A DNA stretch of 64,000 nt from Alphaproteobacteria bacterium (GTDB lineage Bacteria; Pseudomonadota; Alphaproteobacteria; Micavibrionales; UBA2020): NCBI GenBank assembly GCA_016794125.1, contig JAEUKT010000004.1:133460-197459 (forward strand), in the 5' to 3' direction. Shown here piece by piece: positions 52,371 through 61,489 of this stretch. A model generated the notes under the pieces. The model was not told the origin of the DNA and made no database searches. It saw only the letters and a list, made by a program, of their open reading frames with translations. The position numbers and the translations under genes were made by a program. How positions within the stretch are numbered: the first letter of the stretch is position 1; each line of letters opens with the position of its first letter.

Positions 52371-52586
52371 ATGAAAGCTGTTCTGAAACCGGCGCTGGAG
52401 AATCTGGACAAGGCGTTGCAGCGTCTCGAGACCGCCGTTGAAAAGCAATTCGTCCAGGCCAAAAAAACCAAAGAGGAGCCGATGCTGGCCCTCGACCGCA
52501 ATGAACGCGAAGTGAACAAGAAAATCGCCGCGCGCCTCGACCAGACGATCAACCGTCTGGAAACGCTGCTGATGGAGGAAGCGTAA
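52371..52586 (+). CDS. zauP: Small coiled-coil protein upstream of zapA (DUF4164/ZauP-like)
   Basis: 71-aa charged coiled coil whose stop lies 1 nt before the zapA ATG. The position matches the alphaproteobacterial zauP-zapA pair recalled from memory. Confidence 0.55.
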   Translation: MKAVLKPALENLDKALQRLETAVEKQFVQAKKTKEEPMLALDRNEREVNKKIAARLDQTINRLETLLMEEA

Positions 52587-52587
52587 C

Positions 52588-52923
52588 ATGGCTGAAGTGA
52601 ACATCACGCTCAACGGGCGCGCCTACGAAATCGCCTGCGATCCCGGCCAGGAAGGCCGCATCGTTGACCTTGCCGCCTATATCGACCAGCGCGTGCAGAA
52701 AATCGCGCGCTCCGGCGGCGCGTACAACGACTCCCACCTGCTGGCGCTTGTCGCGCTGGTGCTGGCGGACGAGCTGTTCGAGGCGCGCGAGCAAGCGGCC
52801 GGCGCACCCGCCGCCGCCAAAGCGCCCGCAGCGTCGAAAGAAGACGAAGCCGCGCTTGCCAAACTGCTGGAGAACCTGTCGAAACGTATCGACGGTATTG
52901 CCCAACGGGTGCAAGCGGCCTAG
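52588..52923 (+). CDS. zapA: Cell division protein ZapA
   Basis: VNITLNGRAYEIACDPGQEGRIVDLAAYIDQRV is a typical ZapA N-domain. Confidence 0.85.
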   Translation: MAEVNITLNGRAYEIACDPGQEGRIVDLAAYIDQRVQKIARSGGAYNDSHLLALVALVLADELFEAREQAAGAPAAAKAPAASKEDEAALAKLLENLSKRIDGIAQRVQAA

Positions 52924-52926
52924 ATT

Positions 52927-53097
52927 AAGGGCGGAAGGGGCTATGGCGTGCGTAAGACAGCACTGTCCCAGAGGCCGATGCAAATCGCTAGGGGACTGCC
53001 TCTGCCCGCGCTCCGGTGCGGTTATGCGGTTCCCACCTGTAACCCAGGGCCTAGCGGATACCCCCCGTCGACGGCGTTTCACGGCTCCTTCCACCTT
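52927..53097 (+). ncRNA. ssrS: 6S RNA (SsrS), boundaries approximate
   Basis: Conserved zapA - ssrS - 5-FCL ligase synteny. A ~170-nt non-coding gap whose ends pair as a long closing stem (AAGG.GGAAGGGGC with GGCTCCTTCC.CCTT). Confidence 0.6.
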
Positions 53098-53121
53098 CAT
53101 TTCTAACCGGAGCGCCAAGGC

Positions 53122-53706
53122 GTGCTGAGCAAAGACACCCTGCGGCAGAAAGCCTTCCAGAAACGCCTGACCGTGCCGCCCGCCTATCAGGAAGAGGCGG
53201 CGCAGAAGTTCAAGGACAACTTCCTCGCACACATCGCCCTGCCGCCCAAGGGCTCGGTCATTTCCGCCTATATGCCGTTCAACGCCGAACTGAACGTGAA
53301 ACCGCTGATGACGCATCTGCTGGATGACGGCTATATCATCGTGATCCCGCATGTTGTGAACAACGACCGCAGCCTTGATTTCCGCACCTGGACGCCCAAG
53401 ATGCCCGTCTATCGCAACCTGCACGGCATCGAGGAAGCCGACCTGCGCCATTCGCAGGTCTATCTGCCCGACCTGATGATCGTGCCGCTGATCGCATTCG
53501 ATGTGAAGGGCAACCGCATGGGCTATGGCTCGGGGCAGTTCGACCGCACCTTCGCGCATTTGCAGGATGTGCGCAAAGAATTCACCGCCATCGGCGTCGC
53601 CTATGAAAGCCAGCGCGAAGACGAAGTGCCGGTCGATGTCCATGACTATCCCCTGCACAAGATCGTGACGGAGCTGAACGTCTATAACTGCCGGGAGGCC
53701 GAATAA
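53122..53706 (+). CDS. 5-formyltetrahydrofolate cyclo-ligase
   Basis: VPLIAFDVKGNRMGYGSGQFDR motif. GTG start; position after ssrS. Confidence 0.85.
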   Translation: MLSKDTLRQKAFQKRLTVPPAYQEEAAQKFKDNFLAHIALPPKGSVISAYMPFNAELNVKPLMTHLLDDGYIIVIPHVVNNDRSLDFRTWTPKMPVYRNLHGIEEADLRHSQVYLPDLMIVPLIAFDVKGNRMGYGSGQFDRTFAHLQDVRKEFTAIGVAYESQREDEVPVDVHDYPLHKIVTELNVYNCREAE

Positions 53707-54524
53707 TGAAAATCCTTTTCCTCGGCGATATTGTCGGCCGCAACGCGCGCGATGCGGCGATTGCGCAACTGCCGGAGCTGCGCCAGAAATACAAGCTTGA
53801 TGTCATTATCGTGAACGTCGAAAACGCGGCGCATGGCTTTGGCGTGACGGCGCAGATCTGCGATGATTTTTACAAGGCCGGCGCCGATTGCCTGACGACC
53901 GGCAACCATGTCTGGGACCAGCGTGAAATCCTCGCCTATATCGACCGCGATCCGAAATTGCTGCGTCCGCTGAACTATCCCGAAGGCACGCCCGGCAAGG
54001 GGTTTTATATCCTGACCACACCGCGCGGTGAAAAGGTGCTGGTGGCCAACATGATGGCGCGGCTTTACATGGACGCGCTCGACGACCCTTTCGCGGCGGC
54101 GAACAAGCTGTGCAGCCTGCACCGCCTTGGCAAGGATGTGCAGGCGATATTCATCGATTTCCACGGCGAAGCGTCGTCGGAGAAAATGGCGATGGGCAAT
54201 TACCTGGACGGCCGCGCGTCCTTCGTCGTTGGCACGCATACCCATGTGCCGTCCGGCGATGCGCGCATTTTGCCCAAGGGCACGGGTTACATGACCGATG
54301 CCGGCATGTGCGGCGCGTATGACAGCGTGATCGGTATGGATACGCAGCTGGCCGTGAACCGTTTCGTCCGGAAAACGCCGGGCGAAAAACTCTACCCTGC
54401 CGACGGCCCCGTGACGCTGTGCGGGCTGGTGGCGACGATTGATTCAAAAACAGGCTTGTGCAGCAAGGTCGAACCGCTCAGAATTGGCGGTAGCCTGCAA
54501 CAGGCATTGCCGGAGGTGGCGTGA
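53706..54524 (+). CDS. ymdB: YmdB-family metallophosphoesterase
   Basis: MKILFLGDIVGR, NVENAAHGFG, TTGNHVWD, DFHGEASSEK and GTHTHV motifs. Confidence 0.85.
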   Translation: MKILFLGDIVGRNARDAAIAQLPELRQKYKLDVIIVNVENAAHGFGVTAQICDDFYKAGADCLTTGNHVWDQREILAYIDRDPKLLRPLNYPEGTPGKGFYILTTPRGEKVLVANMMARLYMDALDDPFAAANKLCSLHRLGKDVQAIFIDFHGEASSEKMAMGNYLDGRASFVVGTHTHVPSGDARILPKGTGYMTDAGMCGAYDSVIGMDTQLAVNRFVRKTPGEKLYPADGPVTLCGLVATIDSKTGLCSKVEPLRIGGSLQQALPEVA

Positions 54525-55054
54525 TGATGGATTTTTTAGAAGATTTGAACTGGAAAAGGGCGATATCGATCGCGCTTGTGCTGGGCACGATGCTGGCCGG
54601 TTTTCTCAGCACGCAAGTCATGTCGAAGGAAGACGCGTCCATGGCCTATAGCGGCAAGCTGCCGGTCGAACAGGTGACGGTGGAATTGCAGGGCGGCGGC
54701 GTGCATGGCTTTGCGCTCGAAGTCGTCTCGCAACCCGTCGATATCCAGATGGGCCTGATGTTCCGCGAGAAAATGGGCAAGGATCAGGGCATGCTATTCG
54801 AAATGGGTCCGCCGCAGCTGACATCGTTCTGGATGAAAAATACGCTGATCCCGCTCGACATGCTGTTCATCGCCGAAGACGGCACGATCATCAATATCCA
54901 CCAGAACGCCGAACCCCATTCGCTCACCCCCATCCCCTCCAACGGGGCGGTGACGGGCGTGATCGAACTGAACGGTGGGCGCACCAAGGAGCTGAATATC
55001 AAGGTCGGTGACCGCGTCCTGCACCCTTATTTCAAGCAAACTGTTAAGAAATAA
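54521..55054 (+). CDS. DUF192-domain protein with N-terminal TM/signal segment
   Basis: GMLF......SFWMKNTLIPLDMLFI...G.I..I is a typical DUF192 core. Confidence 0.8.
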   Translation: MMMDFLEDLNWKRAISIALVLGTMLAGFLSTQVMSKEDASMAYSGKLPVEQVTVELQGGGVHGFALEVVSQPVDIQMGLMFREKMGKDQGMLFEMGPPQLTSFWMKNTLIPLDMLFIAEDGTIINIHQNAEPHSLTPIPSNGAVTGVIELNGGRTKELNIKVGDRVLHPYFKQTVKK

Positions 55055-55143
55055 GGGATTTTCAGGTGTCTGACGGGCTCCGCACGCTGCCAGAGCATTG
55101 ATTTCCGTCTTTATTCACGATATAACCATGGCGGAACAACCGG

Positions 55144-55220
55144 CGGAGTGTAGCGCAGTCCGGTAGCGCGCCTGTTTTGGGAGCAGGATGTCGGGGGTTC
55201 GAATCCCTCCACTCCGACCA
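55144..55220 (+). tRNA. tRNA-Pro (anticodon UGG)
   Basis: Cloverleaf folded by hand: acceptor CGGAGTG/CACTCCG, anticodon loop TTTGGGA, T-loop TTCGAAT, encoded CCA. Confidence 0.9.
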
Positions 55221-55245
55221 CTTTTTCTGAAGACGGAAGGCCAAA

Positions 55246-55548
55246 ATGAAAGCCCGCATTTTCAAGCCAGCGAAAAACGCCATGCAATCCGGCCGCGGCA
55301 ATGCCGCTCAATGGCTGCTGGAATACGAACTGGAAACCGCGCGCCGCCCCGAACCGCTGATGGGCTGGACGGCATCGGGCGACACGCTGAATTCCGTGCG
55401 CATGAAATTCGACAGCAAGGAAGCCGCCATCGCCTTCGCCGAAAACAAGGGCCTCGATTTCACCGTCACCGAAGAACACCTGCGCAAAACCACTCCGCGC
55501 ACCTATCTCGACAACTTCAAATACCGCCCGTTCGAGGAAGAGAAGTAG
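55246..55548 (+). CDS. NDUFS4-like protein (ETC complex I subunit conserved region)
   Basis: ARIFKPAKNAMQSGRGN...W.LE...........PLMGWT.S.D is the characteristic alphaproteobacterial NDUFS4 homolog pattern. Confidence 0.85.
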   Translation: MKARIFKPAKNAMQSGRGNAAQWLLEYELETARRPEPLMGWTASGDTLNSVRMKFDSKEAAIAFAENKGLDFTVTEEHLRKTTPRTYLDNFKYRPFEEEK

Positions 55549-55646
55549 TTTTTCTCCCCTAACTCACTGATTCTAAAGGCCTAGGCGGAATCCGCTTAAT
55601 GCTTTCCCTATTCCTGTGCTAAAATATCCAAATACCAGAGGGGCAT

Positions 55647-55853
55647 ATGCGGCATATCACGATCCAGATCGAATACCTGCCTGAAAATGTGTATCTCGCG
55701 ACCAGCGAGGACCTGCCCGGCTTTAACGTGGAAGCCGAGGACCGCGAGGAAATTTTCAAGCTCTCGCAAACCCTTGCCATCGACTTTTTGAAGCTGGACG
55801 GCGAGGTTGCCCCCGGCGAAGAAATCACGATCGACTTCGAGGTGAAGGAATGA
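55647..55853 (+). CDS. hicB: HicB-like antitoxin (UPF0150 fold, no DNA-binding extension)
   Basis: 68 aa, YLATSEDLPGFNVEAEDREEI pattern. 4-nt overlap with the following hicA-like gene. Confidence 0.6.
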   Translation: MRHITIQIEYLPENVYLATSEDLPGFNVEAEDREEIFKLSQTLAIDFLKLDGEVAPGEEITIDFEVKE

Positions 55854-56278
55854 GCACTGGCGTTCCCCGCGACTACAACAAGGTTGTGAAGGCCGCGAAA
55901 GAGCTGGGCTATGCATACAGCCACTCCACAGGCGGTCATGATTTTTACGTGCATGACAATCCCGACAAATCCATCGGCCAGTCCAAAAAGCTGACCATAC
56001 CGACCGAGATCAAGGGCGTCGGCACGCTGCGCAGCATCCTGAAGGATATGGGCTATTTCGAGGCCAACGGCCTTGATCATGCCGGTCACCCCAAATCCCA
56101 AAAACGCGATGTGGAGGCTGAACTGGCCGCCGCAGAGCGCAAAAGCGAAACCAAGTTCCTGACCGATACCCGCGAATGGAAAAAAGAAATGAAACGCCAT
56201 TACCGCGGCATCGTGCCCGACCATCCGGGCGAAGCGCCGCAGCGCGCCGCCGTCACAATCAGCGCCCCCAAGCCCTGA
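55850..56278 (+). CDS. hicA: HicA-like toxin with a ~75-aa charged C-terminal extension
   Basis: VVKAAKELGYAYSHSTGGHDFYVH ... IKGVGTLRSILKDMGY matches the HicA core (G.....GSH......GTL..IL...G). Confidence 0.6.
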   Translation: MSTGVPRDYNKVVKAAKELGYAYSHSTGGHDFYVHDNPDKSIGQSKKLTIPTEIKGVGTLRSILKDMGYFEANGLDHAGHPKSQKRDVEAELAAAERKSETKFLTDTREWKKEMKRHYRGIVPDHPGEAPQRAAVTISAPKP

Positions 56279-56330
56279 AACGCGGAATTTAGGCAAGTTT
56301 GCCAGAATGGCCAAAATAGGCTAAAACAAG

Positions 56331-56412
<82 letters not shown>

Positions 56413-56423
56413 TTTTGGTCAAA

Positions 56424-56885
56424 ATGAAAAAATTATTTGAAAATCTTGTATCCCGGACAGCCTTTCTGGAGAGGCAGAGCGCCCGCCACAGGCTGCCAAA
56501 CTGGCTGAGCCTTTTACTGCCGGTTGTTTTTCTGGGCGTCGCTTTTTCTATTGCCGCGGCATTGGTCGTGTATGCATCAAAGGCATATCGCCATTTTCAT
56601 CCGGAATTGCCCGAACTTCTTGCATCGTCAGGACCGGTCACTTTGGCGCAGGGGCTTATACTTTTTTCATCCCTCTTGATCGGCGTTACCTTGAGCGTGC
56701 CGGTATCTAATATTGTTCTTTGGTTGATACTGCCTGTCCGACGGATTCTCGACGAGAATGCAAAAGGTTTGCCGGGCGCTTCTTTTAAAGAGGGAATGAA
56801 GGCGGGAATGAAAGCTTTGATATTCGTCGCCTTGCCTTGTGTTGTCGTACTTTTGCTGGGGATATGGTCGCCCTGGCTATCCTGA
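56424..56885 (+). CDS. Hypothetical membrane protein (4 TM segments), lower GC than its surroundings
   Basis: Start trimmed to MKKLFENL because the track ORF begins inside the tRNA. Hydrophobic segments are obvious. Confidence 0.55.
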   Translation: MKKLFENLVSRTAFLERQSARHRLPNWLSLLLPVVFLGVAFSIAAALVVYASKAYRHFHPELPELLASSGPVTLAQGLILFSSLLIGVTLSVPVSNIVLWLILPVRRILDENAKGLPGASFKEGMKAGMKALIFVALPCVVVLLLGIWSPWLS

Positions 56886-56913
56886 GAAACTGCAAACGTC
56901 GCTCTCTGGTATC

Positions 56914-57888
56914 TTAGCTCTTTACCCGTATCGTTCCGACTTCGGTGCCGCGCCAGTTTTTCTGGACGGGCAGGGCGGTTGCGCGCGCGGCATCCAGCAC
57001 GGTGGCATCGGTAAGCGCGTGCTTCTCCAGAATAGCGAACAGTCCCGCCTGCGCCGCGCGGATATGGCCGTCTTCGGCTTTCAGCGCGATCACGGTGTCG
57101 TGCCCGGGGATGACGCAGGCATAAACGCCTTCGCCGCCGATTTTGCACATGAGTTTTCCGCCGGCCGCCTTCATCAACACCGTATCAAGGCGGCCTGTGC
57201 CGCCCACCAGTTCGGGGTGTTCGACCATCGCCTGATATAAATGGCGGCAGGCCGTGCCGCGCGCGATGCCAAGGCTGTCGGGGTTCATGAAACGCGCAAA
57301 GCCCGTTGCCAGCGCCGAAAGCGGCATGATCGGGTTCGGCGCGGAGCAGCCATCGATGCCGCAGGTCGCGCGCGTCACGGTCACGCCGCATATTTCGCCC
57401 ACCGTCATCATGATTTTATGCTGCGCGGGGTGGTTGAATTCGGTGTAGCCCGCATGATCCTGCTTCATGTGCCTGCACAACGTCAGCATGCCGGTGTGCT
57501 TGCCGGAGCAGTTGTTCGATAAAATCGTCGCGGGCGAGCAAGATGACGCATAGGGCGCATGTGCGCCGCATTCCAAAGCGTTTTCATCAAGCCCGATGCG
57601 CGCCAGCCAGTTTGCGGCGGTCAGCACATGGTTTTGCTCGCCGGAGTGCGATGCGCAGGCCAGCGCAATTTCGGCGTTCGACAGGTTATATTCGGCGGCA
57701 GCACCCGTTTCCATCAGCGCGATCGCCTGCAGCGGCTTCAGGGATGAACGAGGGAATGTCGCGCGGCCGGCATCGCCATAAGCGGCCTTGACCTTGCCTG
57801 CACCGTCCATCAACACGGCATGAATTTCGTGACGGCTTTCCACGGCGGGGCCGCGCCACAGCTCGACGGTCAGGGATTGCGCCGTCAT
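56914..57888 (-). CDS. Asparaginase-II family (PF06089-type) L-asparaginase
   Basis: RGP.VESRH..H......G......GD.....PRSS.KP.QA and ASHSGE motifs. Confidence 0.8.
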   Translation of the reverse strand: MTAQSLTVELWRGPAVESRHEIHAVLMDGAGKVKAAYGDAGRATFPRSSLKPLQAIALMETGAAAEYNLSNAEIALACASHSGEQNHVLTAANWLARIGLDENALECGAHAPYASSCSPATILSNNCSGKHTGMLTLCRHMKQDHAGYTEFNHPAQHKIMMTVGEICGVTVTRATCGIDGCSAPNPIMPLSALATGFARFMNPDSLGIARGTACRHLYQAMVEHPELVGGTGRLDTVLMKAAGGKLMCKIGGEGVYACVIPGHDTVIALKAEDGHIRAAQAGLFAILEKHALTDATVLDAARATALPVQKNWRGTEVGTIRVKS

Positions 57889-57889
57889 G

Positions 57890-58603
57890 TTACTGGCTGG
57901 ATTTTCTGGTGTACATTTCCGGCGTCGGGCAGCGCATCAGCTGCTGGCGGGTTTTCAGTTCCTCGTCATAGGCGACCATTTTCTGGCGCATCGCCAGCTG
58001 GGCCTGTTTCAATTCTTCGGAATAGCGCACATGGTCTGCGACGGTCTTTGCCTGCTGCGCCTTCAGTTCTTCGTCATAGGCGACCATTTTCTGGCGCATC
58101 GCCAGCTGTTCTTCCTTCAGCTGCGCGCCATAGGCTTCGATTTTCTGGCGGTTTTCCAGCCAGCCGCGCTGCAGTTCGGCGGTATAGGGATTGGTGCGCT
58201 GCGCTTCCTGCCCGGCCTTGAACCCGCCGCAGCTTTCCTGCTGTCCGGTGGGCGTTACGGGCGCACTCATGCGGTTCGCAAGGTCGCGGTCAACCGCCTT
58301 GGCGATTTCCGAGATGGCGGAATTAGGCGACATGTTGCCAAGGTTGGTGTCGATCTTGCTTTCATCGGGCGCAGGCGGGGGCAGGGCGGCCGCGGATTCC
58401 TGCGGCGTTGCCACCGGTGCCTCGACAGGAATATCGACAGGCGTTTCCTGCCCTGCGGCCTTATACATTTCCTGCGCGGCGGCGGCGGCGGGATCGGTTT
58501 TTTTGCAGTCACCCTTCACGCAGGACATATCGGGCTTGGCAGCCATGGCGGTCGCCGGAATGGCCAGCGCAAGCGCGGCAAGGACGGGAAGGGCGTATTT
58601 CAT
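57890..58603 (-). CDS. Secreted coiled-coil protein with a duplicated EEQLAMRQKMVAYDEELK segment
   Basis: Signal peptide MKYALPVLAALALAIPATAMA. A ~40-nt exact DNA duplication lies at ~57962-58002 and ~58072-58112. Confidence 0.65.
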   Translation of the reverse strand: MKYALPVLAALALAIPATAMAAKPDMSCVKGDCKKTDPAAAAAQEMYKAAGQETPVDIPVEAPVATPQESAAALPPPAPDESKIDTNLGNMSPNSAISEIAKAVDRDLANRMSAPVTPTGQQESCGGFKAGQEAQRTNPYTAELQRGWLENRQKIEAYGAQLKEEQLAMRQKMVAYDEELKAQQAKTVADHVRYSEELKQAQLAMRQKMVAYDEELKTRQQLMRCPTPEMYTRKSSQ

Positions 58604-58684
58604 GGCGGCCTCTGACTGAATCATAATGACTAATCATTATACCCCCAAAGCCGGGGATTTGGCAAAAAACGGCTATACGTTAAA

Positions 58685-59881
58685 TCAGAGCCGTTTGCGG
58701 ACGGAGGGTTTCAGGCAGTTCAGGCCCAGAAAATCGACCTCGTCATCGCGCAGCGACGACTGGCCGCCGAAATGCTCGATATTCCAGCCAATCGCCGCAA
58801 GGTTCAGCCGCCCGCGCAGCTCCGCGTCATGCACCGCCATGTCCAGCAGCATGCGCTGGTACACGACGTTGCCGCCGTGATGCGTATCCACGAATTCGCA
58901 TTCCTGTGTGCCGGGCGGGCCACCCGCGTGATAATCGAAAAACGGAATAACACGTTCGGCTGCAAGTTTGGCCAGCCGCTGGCGCAATTCGGCCACGTAT
59001 TTGTAACCTTTCGTCTTCTCCATCTCGCGATACACACGCTCGGCAATCGGCGGCATGAACATCACGACATGGATTTTCTTTTCTTTCAGCAGGTCAAGCA
59101 GGCCGAGGAATTTTTTGAATTGCACTTCCGACACAATGTCGCCATGCGCATATTTCTTTTCGCTCTTCTGCACCTTGGCAAGGTTGGTACGAAACTGGAA
59201 ATCTTCCGGCGGGCGGGCGCCGGTGACGGTGGAGGTGTAATAATGCGCGCCCGCGACATCGAAACCATCCTGCTGCGTAATGCCGGAAATGCCGATATCT
59301 GGCGACGTGCCGCCGATGATCGTCATCACCTGCGATGGTGTCACGCGCCCGGTCGCCAGCCAGTTGAGGGGCTGGAAAAGGTCGTTCGCAGAAATGCCGC
59401 TGTCGGCGGGGCTGCGATTGATGGCGCGGTTTTCCGCCTGCGGATGAAACCACCAGAAATCGACGCCCAAAATCACCAGTTTCGGCACATGGGTTTTAAA
59501 CGACGTTTCCGCAACCTCGATCACTTCTTCAAGGTCGCTGAGGCTGCCCATGTTGACGAAAGGCCTGGCGAAATCCTGCTGGCGGAAACCCAGCACGCGC
59601 GACGATCCCAGCGTGATGATATCGGGCTTGCGCAGGTCATACAGGCGCTGCTTGTAATAAAACCCGCGCATTAATACGGCGGAGCCATAGATGCCGCCGG
59701 TTTTTTGCTGCTTTTCGATGATGGCATCCAGCGGCAGGTATTCGCCCGATCGCAGCAACAGCAGCGTCGCAAAGCCGAAATAAAGCGCGCAAACCAGCAG
59801 AGGCGCGATCAGGCCGAGGTAAAACTTCCGCAAGTTCTTACGCTCAGAACTGGAAGTAGAGGAAGACCTGGCTGGGCTCAT
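58685..59881 (-). CDS. Putative periplasmic partner of the MBOAT acyltransferase (DltD/AlgJ-like)
   Basis: N-terminal TM segment and an LGSSRV motif, like the DltD GSS. Immediately downstream of, and overlapping, the MBOAT gene. The family call is tentative. Confidence 0.5.
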   Translation of the reverse strand: MSPARSSSTSSSERKNLRKFYLGLIAPLLVCALYFGFATLLLLRSGEYLPLDAIIEKQQKTGGIYGSAVLMRGFYYKQRLYDLRKPDIITLGSSRVLGFRQQDFARPFVNMGSLSDLEEVIEVAETSFKTHVPKLVILGVDFWWFHPQAENRAINRSPADSGISANDLFQPLNWLATGRVTPSQVMTIIGGTSPDIGISGITQQDGFDVAGAHYYTSTVTGARPPEDFQFRTNLAKVQKSEKKYAHGDIVSEVQFKKFLGLLDLLKEKKIHVVMFMPPIAERVYREMEKTKGYKYVAELRQRLAKLAAERVIPFFDYHAGGPPGTQECEFVDTHHGGNVVYQRMLLDMAVHDAELRGRLNLAAIGWNIEHFGGQSSLRDDEVDFLGLNCLKPSVRKRL

Positions 59882-61349
59882 AAATAACCTTTGCGATGCA
59901 GATGCTCAAAACGATGCCGCCGATGATGCCGGTGGCAAGGGCAGGGCGCCACAAAAGCGCGCGCCCGGCGATATTTTGCGACAGGGCAAGCCCGCGCGTG
60001 CTGCCGATGCAGGGGCGCCCCTTGCGCATGATTTCGATGGTGTTAGGCAGCGCCCAGCAGATGATGAAGCAGAGCGGCAGCAGGATCAGCACGAAATTCG
60101 CATCCGGTGCATCGAATGTCGCGCGCAACACGGCCGTGCGCGAGATAAGCGCGGAAAGCCCCTGTCCGTGCAGGCTGGCAACGTCGGCCAGCGATTTCAC
60201 CATCGATATTGCCGTATGCATGTCGGCTGCGCGGAAGAATATCCACGCGACCATGACGCACAGGAATGTCAGCACGCGGGCGGCATAGGGATGGATGCTG
60301 AACAGCCCCGCCTTTTGCCACCAATGATTGATGCCCAGGAAAATGCCGTGCAAGCCGCCCCAGATCAGGAACGTCCAGTTCGCACCGTGCCAGAAACCGC
60401 CTAGCAGCATGGTGATCAACAGGTTCACATAGCGGCGCGTGCTGCCTTTGCGGTTGCCGCCCAGGGGAATATACAGGTAATCGCGCAGGAAACGCGACAG
60501 GGTCATGTGCCAGCGCCGCCAGAAATCGATAATGTTGCCGGATTTATACGGCGAGAAAAAATTGACCGGCAGGCGCACATTGAACATTTTCCCAAGGCCC
60601 AGCGCCATGTCGGAATAGCCCGAAAAATCGAAATAGATCTGGAAGGTGTAGCAAAGCGCAGCTGTCCATGCCTCGATGATATGCAGTTCCCGCGTTTCCG
60701 CCAGCTTGAACAGCGGGTTCACGTATGCGTCGAGCGTATCGGCGATCATGACTTTCTTGAACAACCCGATCGACAGCAGCGTCAGGCCGACCGCGAAATT
60801 GCTGCCGCTGAACGGCTGTGGGCGTGCGAATTGGGGCATCATTTCCTTGTGATGCACGATCGGCCCTGCGATCAGCTGCGGGAAAAACGTGATGAACAGA
60901 CCGAAATTGATCAGGCTCTGGTTCGGTGATGCCAGCTTGCGGTAGCAATCGACAAGGAAGGCGATTTTTTGAAACGTGAAGAATGAAATGCCCAGCGGCA
61001 GGATGATGCTGGGGATGATGAAATCTGCGCCCGTCAGCTGGTTCGCCGTCGCCACCAGCAGGCCGGTATATTTATAGTATCCCAGCACGACCAGATTGGC
61101 GGCGATGCCGACGATCAACGCCTTCTTGTCCTGCTTCATCAGCAGGTAGCGGCCCAGATAAAAATTGAACAGCATGGATGCAAGGATCAGCGTCACATAG
61201 ACCGGATTCCACCAGCCATAGAAAAACAAGGATGCCAGGAACAGCCAGCATTGCGACGGCACCTTGCCCATGTAGCGCAACACAAGGAAATATCCCGCCA
61301 GCGCGACAGGCAGAAACACGAACAGGAATGCGGCGGAATTGAACAGCAT
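59844..61349 (-). CDS. MBOAT-family O-acyltransferase (AlgI/DltB-like)
   Basis: MLFNSAAFLFVFLPV start, multi-TM, conserved WRRWHMTLSRFLRDYLYIPLGGNR (catalytic His region). Confidence 0.9.
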   Translation of the reverse strand: MLFNSAAFLFVFLPVALAGYFLVLRYMGKVPSQCWLFLASLFFYGWWNPVYVTLILASMLFNFYLGRYLLMKQDKKALIVGIAANLVVLGYYKYTGLLVATANQLTGADFIIPSIILPLGISFFTFQKIAFLVDCYRKLASPNQSLINFGLFITFFPQLIAGPIVHHKEMMPQFARPQPFSGSNFAVGLTLLSIGLFKKVMIADTLDAYVNPLFKLAETRELHIIEAWTAALCYTFQIYFDFSGYSDMALGLGKMFNVRLPVNFFSPYKSGNIIDFWRRWHMTLSRFLRDYLYIPLGGNRKGSTRRYVNLLITMLLGGFWHGANWTFLIWGGLHGIFLGINHWWQKAGLFSIHPYAARVLTFLCVMVAWIFFRAADMHTAISMVKSLADVASLHGQGLSALISRTAVLRATFDAPDANFVLILLPLCFIICWALPNTIEIMRKGRPCIGSTRGLALSQNIAGRALLWRPALATGIIGGIVLSICIAKVIYEPSQVFLYFQF

Positions 61350-61489
61350 GGGCGTGGTTTTCCCATGAATTCAGGGGATTGTCAATGTTGCCATAATGTT
61401 AGATGGCGGGTTTTACCATTGCTTAACACTGGCATGGGAAACTGGTGTCAGCGCCGCATCCGGCGCTGTTCCAAGGGTATTTCACTTTC

